From assembly GCF_026210795.1 (NCBI RefSeq), contig NC_089430.1:5394001-5458000 (forward strand): a stretch of DNA of 64,000 nt, in the 5' to 3' direction. A program made the position numbers and the translations under genes. The notes beneath the pieces are model-generated. The model ran no database searches, was not told the DNA's origin, and was given only the letters and a program-made list of their open reading frames with translations. Origin of the DNA: Rhizophagus irregularis. Lineage: Eukaryota. Each line of letters opens with the position of its first letter. Within the stretch, counting starts at the first letter, position 1. Below are positions 13,055 to 26,141 of the stretch, in pieces.

Positions 13055-14701
13055 CTAGCAGTAACCCGTTGCTTCGCACCGGGACCAATGAATTTGTTTA
13101 AATAGAAAAATTTAGTATTATAATGTAATACTAAGTAAATTAAGGATGGTTACAGTAGTAATATGGTAATAATTAGTTAACAAAAAATAATAAATTAATA
13201 TTTATTAAATTATTACTATAATATAGCTTATATTAATGATTTGACGTTTGCGATTTAATAATTTTTCACTCTACATTAAATTTTATTGGCTAATTAATGA
13301 GCTGATCATTTTATATTTTGAATTCATTCTTTTTAGGTCTTTCGGTTCTTCTTTGTAACTACTAAGGTATGTTTTTTATTTTTTTGTTTTTGTTTATTTA
13401 TTACATGTAATTTCCGTTCCCTACTAACTTTATTTCTTCTTTTAGTTTTATGGGTTTTGTTTACTTGGTCCCCCTGTTTATCTCATTTCGTTCCTTCTCC
13501 ACTTTTTTGTTTTTTTTTTGTCTCTTCATCTCTTTTGCTCTTTTTATTCTTCCCTTCCTTCATTTTTTCCATTGTTTTTTATTTCCTCTCTTTCGTCCTT
13601 TTCATTCCTTTACACTACCCTTCGTTCCTTTACACTATCCTTTGTCATTTTCATTTTTTTCCATTCCCACTTCTCTTTACACTACCCTTTGTTCCTTTCA
13701 TTTTTTTATTCCTTTGCTCCATTTCGTCCCCCTCCATTCTTTTCATTTTTTCATTCCCACTTGATCTTTTTTTTCGTTCCTTTTGTTTCTTTCACTCCCC
13801 CTTTGCTCCATCTCGTTTCTCTCTCACTCCCCCTTCGTTTTTTTTATTCCCTTTTACTCTCCTTATTTTTTCATTCACTCTCATTTTTTTTTGATTGATT
13901 TTTTATTAATTATAAACTTTATGATAATTATTTATTATTTCTTATTTTATATTACGTCAATCTTAAACTTATAAAAAATATTTGAATAATTAAACGTATT
14001 TTGGTACTTAATTTAACTAAACCAGAATTAAAATCTTTATTCAAAAATCTGGTAGTTATTTAGAGAATTATGGATATGGATTTAGTTATAATAATCTATT
14101 ATTAAATCAACAATTTCTTCAAAAAAAAATTGATATTTTTACATATTTTATAATTAATTAATTGATTTTATGAATTTGAAAATCAAACTATTTATCCAGC
14201 GTTCAATTTAATTGAAAAAATCTTACTCATCTTTCTATCAACGTCGGTCAATTTTCCTATATCTGATATGTTATATTGATTTTTTTTAAAAAAATAAATT
14301 TCTGAAAAAAAAAAGAATCCGAAAAAAAAACACGAAAAAAATTCTGATCCAAAAGAGTGAAAAAAAAATTTTTTTTTAAAAAAAACGAAAAAAAATAAAA
14401 AAAATTGGTCTTAAAAGACCAAAACAATGGGGGATTATTTAATAAAAAAAAAATATAATTTTTACAGTTTGGGAAAAAAATTAAACCTAAACGGGAAAAG
14501 AATGAGAAAAAACAAATTTTTCGGTTTGAAAAATTTTTTTTAAAAAAAAATTTCCAATTAAGGTAAAATTTTATTAACTGAAATTGATTAGTTGAATAGT
14601 TTTGACCATAAATAGATCAGGCGGAGCCGCAGAAGCAATGTCACGATTGTCACGTTTTAATGAGATTTCAAGTTACACAATTCAAATTATTTATACAGAG
14701 A
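13055..14701 (-). mobile_element. Non-autonomous Helitron
   Basis: Minus-strand 3' end reads cccggtgcgaagcaacggg (hairpin)-ttactg-CTAG|T, with CTAG at 13055-13058. Candidate 5' TC(TCTGTATAAAT) at 14701. The interior is pyrimidine-rich low-complexity sequence. No TSD, as expected for Helitrons. Confidence 0.7.
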
Positions 14702-14815
14702 CTAATCTAAACGTTAATCACACACACACTTTTTTTTATTCATCGCGCGTGCGATGTCATTACCCTATCACGTGATTTATGATCCACAAACTGTATAGAC
14801 TTTCACACGTTCTTT

Positions 14816-17005
14816 TTGATTACGTCATTGGAACGTCAGTACCATTCCGCAATATAATTATGGATATAATCACGCCGTGAATCTTTACTTTCAAACCAAA
14901 AATTATCCAGGATCTTATCCCTGTGAAAAGTCGCAGCATTCTCAACGATCCCAATTATTTTTTACGCCATACTTCACCTCCGGATAATGAGTCACGTACG
15001 ATTCTCAGTGATTCTTCTTACACTTCAGCTGTTGAAGTTTTAGAGACCGTTACTATTCCGCCGACTCCGGCGCATGATTAACTGTTGCTATCTACATATC
15101 TCAACCAACACCAGACCTTTTAATAAGATACACCATTCTACACTTGACAGTATTTACGTGTAGCATCGATTGATGAAAGAAAAATACGGGCATATAATTA
15201 GTTAGAACATTAGTTTTTCGTCTCGGTTCGCTTTTCCTCTTTGTCGTTTTCTCACTCCTCTCTCCCCCTTTGTTTTTACTTTAGCCCTATAAGAAATATG
15301 TATACGGAAAGGATACGTTTTGTATACATTTTATGTACGTTTCTATAGATTCCGTATACAAATTCCGTATATTTAATAAGCAATTCGTTTTTGAACATTT
15401 TTTAAAAAAACTAATGTATAAGAAATGTATACGGAAAAAATTAATCATGCGGAATGTATACGGAATTTTTAAACTTAATATTTTTAGAAGATAATCTTAC
15501 AAAAATTCCGTATCATAACACGAGATCACATGATTGTTTATTGTTTACGTTTTTTGTTTTTTATATAAACCTCTGATCTTCCTTTCTGTCTTTCCTTTCC
15601 TTTCTCTTTCTCTTGTCTTATTTTTGTTATTTTTTCTAAAATTTTCTTCTTTTTTCGTCACCCCCTTTTAAAAATAATTTTTTTTTTTTCGTATCTCACT
15701 TTAAAAAAATTTTTTTTTCGTCACTCTCCTTTGAAAAAAAATTTTTTTTCGTCACTCCCTTAAAAAAAAATTTTTTCTTTTATTCCCACTCTTCTTTTTT
15801 TTAAAAAAATTTCTTCTTTCTATTTCTATTTCCTCTTTATAAAAAAATTTTTATTTTTCTAACTTTGACGTCCTCCCTTTAAAAAAAAATTTTTTTTTAA
15901 CTTTCCTAACTTCGTTACCCCTCTTTTTAAAAAAATATTTTTTTTTGGTTTATTCTTTATTCCCCTTTCTTCTTTATTTATATTTAATTTCATAGGCCAG
16001 CAGATTTTTTTTGTGAGAATATTCAGTTTCTTTTTTCTTTTTTGTAGATCAGTTTGGGAGTCCTTTTCTTTTTGTAGGATGATTCAGAATTTTTTTCTTT
16101 TTTTAGGTCAGTTCAAATTTTCTTTTTTTTTTTGTAAGTTGGGTTCAGATTCTTTTCTTTTTGTAGGTTGTTTCAGTTTTGTTGCTTCAGAGTCTTCTTT
16201 TTTTGTAGGTCAGTTTTGGATTTTATTTCGTTGTTTTGGTTTCTTTTCATTAGACGCCTCATAATTCTTTTCTTTTATGTAGGTCAGACATTCTGGAGTT
16301 CTCTTTCTTTTTTTGTAGGAATGCTGACCTTTGGTGACTTAGACGATTGCAGATACTATATGAGGGGGGGTTTTGTTTCCAATCTTTTTTTTTGTTCTTT
16401 TAGGTTGTTTGACTCCAAATGAACCTGAACTTATAGATAGTTTTGGTTGCAATAGGTGGTTTTAATAAGGAGGGAATTTTCATAATGTATTTGTACTTTG
16501 TTTATTTTTTATTTTTTATTTAATTTAATAAAGTGAAATTAGATTTATGTAAATACAATTATAGTAAACTGTAATACAAATAGTAAATTCAGTGACCAAA
16601 TCGTATAAATTTCGTGATAAAATCAGTGATCAAATCATGTAAATTCCATATAAATCCCGTGCAAATTCCGTATCCAAACCATATTTTTGGTGATACGGAA
16701 TTGTGCATTTTTCCGTATCCTATTATGATACGTTATTTCTAAGGAAAAAAAATCGTATAAAAACTTTATAAAAAACGTATCCAATTTTTTTATAGGGTAG
16801 TGTCTAATCCCTTTGTTCGTTCACTGTGGCGACTAGATCTCCATTAGTCAGGTCGTTCCAACGAAGGGTGGGTCTACCTGTTAGATTTTGTATACTTAGT
16901 TTAGATCAATATTCTTTATGCCTAGTTTATACGCGTAATGTTTTAGTATCTCTCTAGTGTATCTGCCTTTCTCAAGTAAAAATAAAAAAATAAAATAAAT
17001 AAAAT
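14816..17005 (+). mobile_element. 5'-truncated non-LTR retroposon insertion (split by the 15285-16797 element)
   Basis: 17-bp TSD actttcacacgttcttt at 14799-14815 and 17006-17022. A-rich tail (aaaaataaaaaaataaaataaataaaat) directly precedes the right TSD. Confidence 0.85.
15285..16797 (+). mobile_element. Non-autonomous TIR DNA transposon with CCCTA termini and 3-bp TSD (CMC/CACTA-like)
   Basis: Begins ccctataagaaat, ends atttttttataggg. TSD tag at 15282-15284 and 16798-16800. Subterminal atacgg/ccgtat repeats at both ends. Internal ~30-bp tandem repeats. Confidence 0.85.
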
Positions 17006-18436
17006 ACTTTCACACGTTCTTTCTTTTGAATTTTAACCACGCCAAGTTTTTTTTTACTTTCGTTTCTTATTAATTAACCATTTTTCTTTTTTTTTTGTAG
17101 ATTTTTTAAAGCTTTTGGTGTCCTTTTTTTTGTAGATTCTGGCCTGGAACTTGGAAATGGAAACAGGTAAGTATTTCTAAAGAGGGGAAGCAGGTTTTTT
17201 GGTTTTTTTTAATAAGAACGTTTATTAACGTTCTTATACTATCAAACTAAAGTCATACAATTATAATGATGTTAAAGCTAAAAAGAAGTAAAAGTTTAAC
17301 ATTGCATTTGTAAATAAAAAAATTGAAACACGTGGAGGCAAAAAAAAGTCCAGTGATTAATATTTTTAAGTCACGTGGGTGCAGAAATTTGTTGGAATTA
17401 CTGCGATGACATCGCGCGTGCGATGAATAAATTTAAAAATTTATGTTAAATTTACTAATATTTATTTATTTTTATTTTCAGTTTTGATTTATCATTAAAT
17501 AAATTCTTGGAATTTCTTCAAATTTCTTGTATATTCAATAACTGACAGACTCATTTGATCTCCTTCGATTTAAATATAGTCAAAGTTACTCTTCGAAAAG
17601 GCTTAATTTCGTCTCTAAAAATGCATGCGAAATCAATCACTTGCGCCTTGAGAACAAAATCAAATAATTTTATCATTGCTTATAAATTAGTATTTGAAAA
17701 ATATCCAATTGGAGACTGTATCGATCCTGAGCAATGTCACCCTCTTAGTTTAAAAGTAGTTCTTGATATTGATGAAAATAACAACATTGAAAAAATATGG
17801 CGAGAAATTTTAAATAAATATATTACTAAAATATATAAACATTCTACAAAGAAACCTACAAATATAATAAACATTTATTGTGATTTTTCAAGAATTTGAT
17901 ATTGAAAATGTGGAATTTAGAGGAAATTTTCATCAGAATATCAATTAGGGAAGTGGATTGTTTAACCGTTGTCATGCAGAATATGTCAAAAAACATATGA
18001 TATTTTTGAGATGGTATGAAAGAATTTTCAAGCATTCTGGGAATAAAAAAGCAAAAATTATTTCAATCGTGGGTGACCAATCAATCCAATCATGTGGGCA
18101 ACTTTTTGTTTGGTGATACAGGACCTGAATATATATTCATAAAGATAAGTGTATACATTTTTTCAGGGACGGAATTATTATGATTTCGGCCAGTATCCAA
18201 AAGAGGTAATAGCTTTCCACCAGGCATTATCTACAAAAGGAAAGATTTTCATAATTTGTTTTTTTTTTACGCAATTCGAACGTGACTTTTTTATGTATCT
18301 TTCAGGGGTCCCGGTGATACTGTGACGCTGTGCGACAATTTTCGGAGTTATTCTGTTATTGTCTTTACATAAAAAGGGTTATTATCGTTATTATACACAA
18401 TAAAAAACTTTCTGTAAATTATTATTATTATTCAAT

Positions 18437-20674
18437 ATGCCTGACAATAAGAAAATGCAAGACATTGGAAATGCGAATGAATGGATCAATTGGATTGAAG
18501 AAGCTATTGCCAAAGAACACTTAAAATTTTATGAATACAATCAATTTAGTAACTTTCAAGAAATTGGTGTTGGAGGTTTTGGAAAAGTGTACCGTGCAAA
18601 TTGGAAAAATTTAGAACATTTAGCGTTAAAATCTTTCTTTAATCTTAACAACATCACTGTAAAAGAGGTTGTTCGTGAGGTAATTTAAAAAATTTTTTTA
18701 CATTATGTTTTTTTAATCTATTATATTTATTTCAAAATTTGAATTTATTTATTTAGTTAAAAATTCAACGTGGGGTTCATTTTTATGATAGTATTATAAG
18801 TTGTCATGGGATAACAAAATTTGAATCAGGTATTATAAAAATATTGAAAATAACATACTAAATTTCACTCATAAAATACATTTTCAATTTTTTTTTTTAA
18901 TTTCAGGAAACCACAGCATTGATTATATGTTGGTAATGGAATATGCAGACGGTGGTAGTCTTCGAAACTATTTGAAGAATAACTTTAATAAATTGATTTG
19001 GAGTGATAAGTACCTTATGGCGTACCAGTTAGCCAGTGCTGTGTCATGCTTACATGTTGAGGGCGTTGTCCATCGTGACTTGGTAATCTATCTATTATTA
19101 TTTTACATCATTGGTAGAATTAATTTACTTTACTTATTTAATATATACATTTTTAATAGCACTCTGGCAATATATTAGTCCATCAAAACACGATCAAATT
19201 AGCAGATTTTGGGTTATCAAAAAGAATCGGGGCATCATCTAATGTTCAATCTAAATTATTTGGGATGATTCCTTACGTTGATCCAAAAAGTTTTAGCAGG
19301 AGAAGAAATAATAATAACCAAATGTATTCATTGAATGAAAAAAGTGATGTTTACAGTGTTGGAGTATTATTATGGGAATTATCAAGTGGACAACCTCCAT
19401 TTTGTGCTGATGGTGAACATTATGATGTTGGCCTAATCTATGACATTTCGCAAGGTCATAGAGAAACGGTTGTTCCTTATACACCTGATGAATATGTAAA
19501 AATTTATACTAGTAAGTAAAATTTTAAATTTAATTATATATTTGAATATATTTTAATTTTAATTAATCTTAAATTACATTTTGTTTTCTTTTTAGAATGT
19601 TGGGATGGTGAGCCAGATAATCGTCCAACTATATTTCAAGTAGTTGATTGGTTAAAAGCAATCATTACGAAAACTGATATAATAATAGAAACTCCTCAAT
19701 TATCAAACAATCAAGAATTTAATGAGGTCCCTTCAAGTATTAATGATTCAGAATCACAGGGAGAATTATCTCAACTTATTCATAATTTTAATAAAATGGA
19801 TACAAAAGAAATTGATACTATAGCAGAGTCAAATAAGCAAGAGAAACTTTCAACTGAAATAGATTTCAACAGTATAGTTGATGAAACAAATGATTTAATC
19901 TTTAAACAATTAAATAAAAGAATTGGATGGAAGTTAACTGATAAGCAACTTATTGAATATTTTAACAATCGTAATATTAATTTACAAGAAATTTATAATT
20001 GGTTGTCAAATAATCAAAATAATTCAAATTCCATTTTTTTACTTGGATATTTTAATTATTTTGGAATTGAAACAAGTGAAAATAATGAGAAAGCATTTAA
20101 ATTATTTATTAATGCATCAGAAAATAATCATATACTTGCACAATATTTTGCTGGGAATTGTTATCATTATGGTAATGGGACTATAAAGAATGAAAAATTA
20201 GCTTTTAAATATTATGAAAAATCGGCCAATAAAAATTTCTCACAAGGACAATTAGAAATTGCTTATTGTTATAATCTTGGAATAGGAGATATTAAAAAAG
20301 ATATAAAAAAGGCGGCTTATTGGTATGAAAAAGCTGCAAATAATGGAAATATAGTAGCTATGCATATTCTTGGTAATTGGTATAGAAATGGAATTAGTGT
20401 TGAAAAAGATTATGATAAAGCCTTTAAACTGTTTAAGCAATCAGCTGAAGAAGGATATTCAGATGGAATAACAATGTTAGGTTATTGTTATAGTAATGCT
20501 ATTGGAACTAAAATTGATAAGCAAGAAGCATTAAAATTATATAAAAAATCAGCAAATTTAGGAAATATGTTAGCACAGCATAATCTTGGTATTATGTATG
20601 AATATTGGGAAAGAAATTACAAAAGATATAATAGACAAAGCGATTTATTGATATTAACTTATTGTAAAATGTAA
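18437..20674 (+). CDS. Tyrosine-kinase-like (TKL) protein kinase with C-terminal Sel1-like repeats
   Basis: Exons ~18437-18679, 18757-18829, 18907-19083, 19160-19511, 19596-20674. Motifs [37 protein letters not shown]. Sel1 repeats ([23 protein letters not shown]). The last repeat goes out of frame near 20605. Confidence 0.92.
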
Positions 20675-21269
20675 ATCAATTAGTTTGCTATATTATTTAT
20701 ATATATATTTTTTTATTTACAAGTTAGTAAATATAGTACCCTAAATGTAATACTTAATAAATATCTTATTAAATTTATCAATCATTCTTTTATACTGCAA
20801 ATGTCGTTCTAAGGTTATAAAATTCATGAGGATTTGAAATTACTTATTTTCTTTCTGAAAAATTAATCGGACTTCAAATATTTGATGCTTATTTCTCAAT
20901 ATTACCTTATAAAATATTTGTATACCAGAAAAGATGATAGTATTAAGGCAATATTTATTTGAAAGTAAGCTCTTGAAATAATTGGTAACTTTCTTTTTTT
21001 AAAGACATTATTAAGTTTTTTTCCTTTTTTTTTTTTAAGGAAGTGGCTCCAACTTGGATATACCGGAGATCTGGCATGGATCGCTTTAATATCTCTTAAA
21101 TAAAGTTTAACAACATATTTAAAATAAATTTTACTTTTTTAATATTTGTTTACTATAACTTAAACATATATTCATTATAACTTAAATATGCGTTAATTAT
21201 AACTTTAATTTGTATTTTACGATTTAAATACTATTTTTGTACGACCAGATTGAATCAGTCTTGAACTTT

Positions 21270-21611
21270 TTTTTAAAAAAAAGTTAGCATCACATCTTTA
21301 TTTATGGATACGTACAAAGTACAAGACACTATAAAAATACATAGAGGTGACGTCAGACAACGAAAGCCCTAGCTAACCAATCTATAAATAATAAAGAACT
21401 ATACTAAAAATAAAACACCAGACATCATCAAACATACATAAAAAAACTAAATATAAAATTAAAAAAAAAACTAAAACTATATAACACCAACTAACGCCGC
21501 TTGGAAATCTTAAAGCATATGGTGCACAATCCGAGTGTCTGATCGATTCCCATTGCCAGTTCCCTACCGGTACGTCCACATACTTCTCATGATCTTCGCG
21601 GCTGAGCGATT
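21270..21611 (-). mobile_element. Short 5'-truncated retroposon insertion
   Basis: 12-bp TSD gtcttgaacttt at 21258-21269 and 21612-21623. The T-run at the left junction is a minus-strand poly(A). The GC-richer coding-like 5' part accounts for ORF 21382-21579. Confidence 0.75.
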
Positions 21612-21691
21612 GTCTTGAACTTTATCATTATCGTGGCAGTGTAAAACCATATCGTGACTAAGTCTTGGTTATAAGGTTTAATGATAAAATT

Positions 21692-24600
21692 TCAAACTTG
21701 GTCATGGTATAGTTCCGATTTTAAAAGTTTTTGCAAATTTATGCTAATTCCTCTAATTTCTTTTTCTAAATTATCATCATTAGATGTTAATTTCTCCAAT
21801 TTCTCCAATATTACCTCATCGTCAATAGGATTATGTTTAATTTGAAGTTCTTTTAATAATTTTTCCCGCATCTCTGTGAATTCCTTAGTATCCCATTCAC
21901 CATCTTTAATCAATCTTTTAATTTCTATTCGAGTCTTATCAACATCGGCATAGTAATGTCTTGAAAAAAATAAATTTTGAATAATTAATAAAATCATAAC
22001 ATTACACTTTTTTTAAAAAAGTAAAATTACATACATTACTTCAGGAAACCATGTTTGCCAACGTCTCTGATGTGGTAATAGGTAAAATAACTCAATCTCA
22101 GCCAAAATCTAAAAGTTGAGATATGTTAGTACATTTACAGAAATGGAATGATTAATAATAATGTTATTTACCTCTGCCTTTTGCATCAAATATGAGACTC
22201 TATTATTATCTTCTTCGATCGCATTACTGAGTAATCCAATTAACAAGTTCATAAGATATATAACAATTAAAAGGGAAAATAAAACAATCAATATTGCAAT
22301 TGATGGATTGTCTGCATATGGCCAATTGGATAATGCGCTTGAGTCACCTATTGATCATATGAAAGAAAAATTGCTTAAAAATATTAGAAAAATATTTATG
22401 TAATAAATTATGAAAAATTTAAATATACCTGTTAAAAATAAATACATAGCAAAAAGAGAAGTTCTAATATCTATAAACATGTTTGTATTTTTATCAGGAA
22501 TTTGAAACATAAATGGATTGGAGTTGATATTTCCATCATTATCAATTTGACTATAACTAGAAACTAAATTCCAAGGATTATTTGGGTCATTATTATTATT
22601 TGTATCATGTTGTTCAAGTGAAAACTCAGATTTTGGTGATAATAAGACATAAAATGCATGTGCAAAACTTATTATAATAATGAATAAGACTAATAAAAAA
22701 GAAAAAATCTTTTTTCCAACACTAATAATAATTGCAAAGTATACACCAAAATATTCAAATGCTCTAAAAAATAATAAAAATTTTATATCCAAAAATAAGC
22801 ATGAAAAGGAAAGCAATTGGATTAGGTAATTATTATTCTTATCAATTGTTTGAAGCCAGTAAATAGAAGTGTAAATTGAAAGCACATAAGCAATTATATC
22901 TACAATATTAAATATTAAATAATTAATTTCATTTTCTTAAAATATTATAATATAAATTAAATTAAACATTTATATTTACCAAAAATATTCCAAAAATTAT
23001 AGAACCACTTAGTAATATTATGAAAAAATTGACGAATTTCAAAAATCAAATGAATAAATCCAAATATAATTGAAGCAATAAAAAGTTGTTGTCTAACTTC
23101 TTCATTGATATATTGTCGGGGAATTGTTGCAGCAGCAGTAAAGCATCCAAGTAAAACCATAAATGAAATCCAAATCATTGCAAAATAATATTTCCCATAA
23201 GCATTCCATTTAAAATTAATTAATGTTTCTCCATTCCATGTTTTATAGATAATTCTATTTATTGTTTCAGTAAATGGACTAGGTTGAGGTCTAATTAATT
23301 CTAAAAACCAATTGTAATCTCTTGAATAATTAACAAAATTAATATAGGGAACCATAAAAGTAATTGTTGGTGTTGTTGTTGTTGTTGTATTTTTTTTAAA
23401 AGATTTAACAATATTAAAAATAATAATTTCAGTAAGGAAATAAGCAGAAGAAAATGCATCTGAAGCGTAAATATCATTGATAAAATTGTATTTTGATAAA
23501 ATATAAAATGTAGCAAAATAAAGGGGTAAAGTTAAAAATATTATTAAAACTTGAATAACACATATAATTAACCATATTACAGTAACTGATAATGATTTAT
23601 TTTGTAAAATTGTGTAACTAATTATATAATGGAATTTTGTCCATAAAAGAGATTTCGATAAATTAGTTATTTGAGGATATTGTAAAAAAGAATAAAGATG
23701 TAAATTTTTATTTTGACGCTCTATACTATAGAAAGAAGAATCTATGATCATATTCGTTTCTGATGAATATTTTAGAATATATTCTGGATAATATTTATCT
23801 AGTAATGGCATTGTGGAAGTGATAATGCTTAAAAATGACTTATTATTCATTAAGTCCTCTTTAAAATAAGTCATACATTTTTTATAAATATCATCAATTA
23901 ATTCTAACTTATGTTCTTTAATTGCAAATGTTAATAATTCAACTCCATATTTCAAAAGACTTGTCTTATTATCTTTTGCATCTGAAACCCATCCATTTAA
24001 TCTAAAACTATCATAATTTGGTAATAGTAAAGTAGATTTTCTTTTGTAATGTTGAAGTATTTCTATACATTTTTTTATATTATAGCCACGTTTGCGTTTA
24101 ATACCAAGTTTCATAAAATAAAAATAGTTTAAAGAAATAGAGTTGTTATTTTCACTAAAAGTATAAATAAGAATACCAAATGTTGTCAATATAGCAATAT
24201 CATTGTTATTAAATAATGAGCTCACAATTATTTGATGGTTGTAATCTACAAGTTTATAAGGATGATTTTCAATTCTTGTGCTAATTGATTCCAATTTAGT
24301 ATTAATTTTTCTGAATACTTCTAGTTTAATTTTATCATTATCAACATGTACATTCCATTTAATTAAATTTCCAGTTAATTCAACTAAAACTCTATTATCA
24401 TCATTTGTTGTGGCTTTTTGAAATAATGTAAAAACAGTATCCATATATAGATTAAATGAATGAACATTTAAGTGTTTATAAGTTTTCTTGTTGACTTTAG
24501 CATGATCACCACATTCAATAACTTTATTATTCTCTTTATTTAATTCATCAGAATTCTCGGATGAAAAGTTCATTTTTGACATATATTCGCCAAATTTAGA

Positions 24601-25843
24601 TTTCCAAACACGTCCATTTAGAATTACAAATGTTTGATTATAATGATAAAATGAAGTTTGATTAGAACTATTTTTGTATTTATTGTTCCAGCAATATTTG
24701 ATTTCTTTATTTGGTGTATAATAGAATAAAGAGGGTAAAAAAAACAAACCAGTATGATTCATAAAATTATATAGTTGAATATCTAAATAAAGAAAATGAT
24801 GATTTAATATGAGTAATAATTGAAGTATAAATGATTTTATAAAAATGGTTACCATCATTTATATCCAAAGAAGCAATAGGAATTTCCAATTCGATTGAAT
24901 AAACAATGATGATTTTATCATTGATTTTTAGAAAAATCAACTCTTCATTACTGAATATTCCAATATTTTTTGTTTTAAACTAAAAAATAATTAGTATTTA
25001 ATATATTTAATTATAATTTAACAATAATTTAGTTTGAAAATAATTTTATAATATTTATTACCTTATAAGTCCTATCCTTATTATTAACAAATATTTTTAC
25101 ACTTTTATTAGTATTAATACTCCATTCATAAATGTAATCATTTTCATTTGAAGCCAGGTAAACTTTATCATATTTTGATATACTAATTAATTCATAATCT
25201 TCAGGTATCCTATAAAATCTCTTACATTCCCATTTGTTATTTTTAGTTTTTGTGGAATAAATCCAAATAATTTTATGATTATCATAAATTCCTTGAACGT
25301 AACATGCACTATATATAATAAATTCACCTTTTAAATTAAAGGTACAATATAAATCCCATAAATCATCAACATAAAAAGATTTTTGTATATCTAAATTTAA
25401 TGCAATTTTTTTATCTTTATTATTCATATCAATTACTAAAAAAATATTAAAATAAATATCAATTACCATAATTTAATAATTACATAACCAAATAATTATT
25501 ACTTACCAGTAATAGTATGTTTAAAAGTACTATTTTTAATAATATAAGCAAGTTTCTTATCATCAGAAACACATAAACCATTGATTCCATATTCATCAAT
25601 GTTAACAGTTTGATGAAATTTAAGTTGAACCTTATCTATATTTTCAACATCCCAACCGACCATTGAACGGTCTACTTTACTATAAGTAATAAGGTATTTT
25701 TCTTTTGGTGAAATTTCTATCATAGTAATGTGTTTACCATTATGTCGTTTATCATTGATATTATCGAAGGTAAATATTTTATCAACATCATTTTTATCAA
25801 CATCGATTTTATCGATTTTATCAATTGCTGAATTGTAACTCAT
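21692..25843 (-). CDS. TRP-like (transient receptor potential) cation channel, 8 exons
   Basis: Exons ~25843-25507, 25435-25062, 24979-24853, 24782-22980, 22899-22429, 22347-22172, 22108-22035, 21960-21692. Six hydrophobic segments, pore-like FAMYLFLTGD, S6 LMNLLIGLL, post-S6 ILAEIELFYLLPHQRRW, C-terminal coiled coil. N-terminus is beta-rich (WD40-like). Confidence 0.88.
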
Positions 25844-26005
25844 TTGGTAATCGTTTATAAATATATAAATTTTTTACCAAAAAAAATCATTTTTTTTTAT
25901 ATCGTCCATTTGCGATTATATACTTTTTTTATTTTGAAACACGTGTATAAATATGCATGGCTGTACGCAAAATTTCGCCTCATGCATAAAAAAAAAAATT
26001 TATCA

Positions 26006-26141
26006 ACCTATAAAAAAGGTTTGTGCTAAATTTGTGCCAAACGGGCTAATCATACAAACATTTATTCGAAATTTGTACTAAAAAATAATATAAATTCAAA
26101 CAAATATCGTATGAAATTTAGCACAAACTTTTTTAATAGGG
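26006..26141. mobile_element. Small MITE of the CCCTA-terminus type upstream of the TRP gene
   Basis: Inverted repeats acctataaaaaaggtttgtgctaaattt and aaatttagcacaaacttttttaataggg. The TSD is imperfect (tca/tta). Confidence 0.65.

Larger units (their letters stand above)
14735..17431. mobile_element. Element bounded by palindromic 16-bp sites (Crypton-like or Helentron-like; class unresolved)
   Basis: tttatt[catcgcgcgtgcgatg]tcat at 14735-14760 and atga[catcgcgcgtgcgatg]aataaa at 17406-17431. Confidence 0.6.
12200..18170 (+). pseudogene. Degraded large GTPase (VLIG/GBP-like) gene relic, interrupted by TE stack 13055-17431
   Basis: Coding-like fragments at 12902-13024 and 17482-17899. At 17940-18085: QLGKWIV and WYERIFKHSGNKKAKIISIVGDQS, which resemble the approach to the G1 motif of fungal VLIG-type G-domain proteins (from recall). 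Many stops. Limits are approximate. Confidence 0.45.

Noticed and set aside
13450..13974. Four overlapping Phe/Leu/Ser-rich ORFs resembling membrane proteins
   Set aside because: Low-complexity pyrimidine tract inside a Helitron. All three frames are open simply because stop codons need purines.
15640..16420. CRISPR-like repeat/spacer appearance
   Set aside because: Repeats are degenerate and homopolymeric, spacers are related to each other, there are no cas genes, and the context is eukaryotic.
16013..16422. Phe-rich ORFs
   Set aside because: Translation of the T-rich acceptor ladder inside a TIR element.
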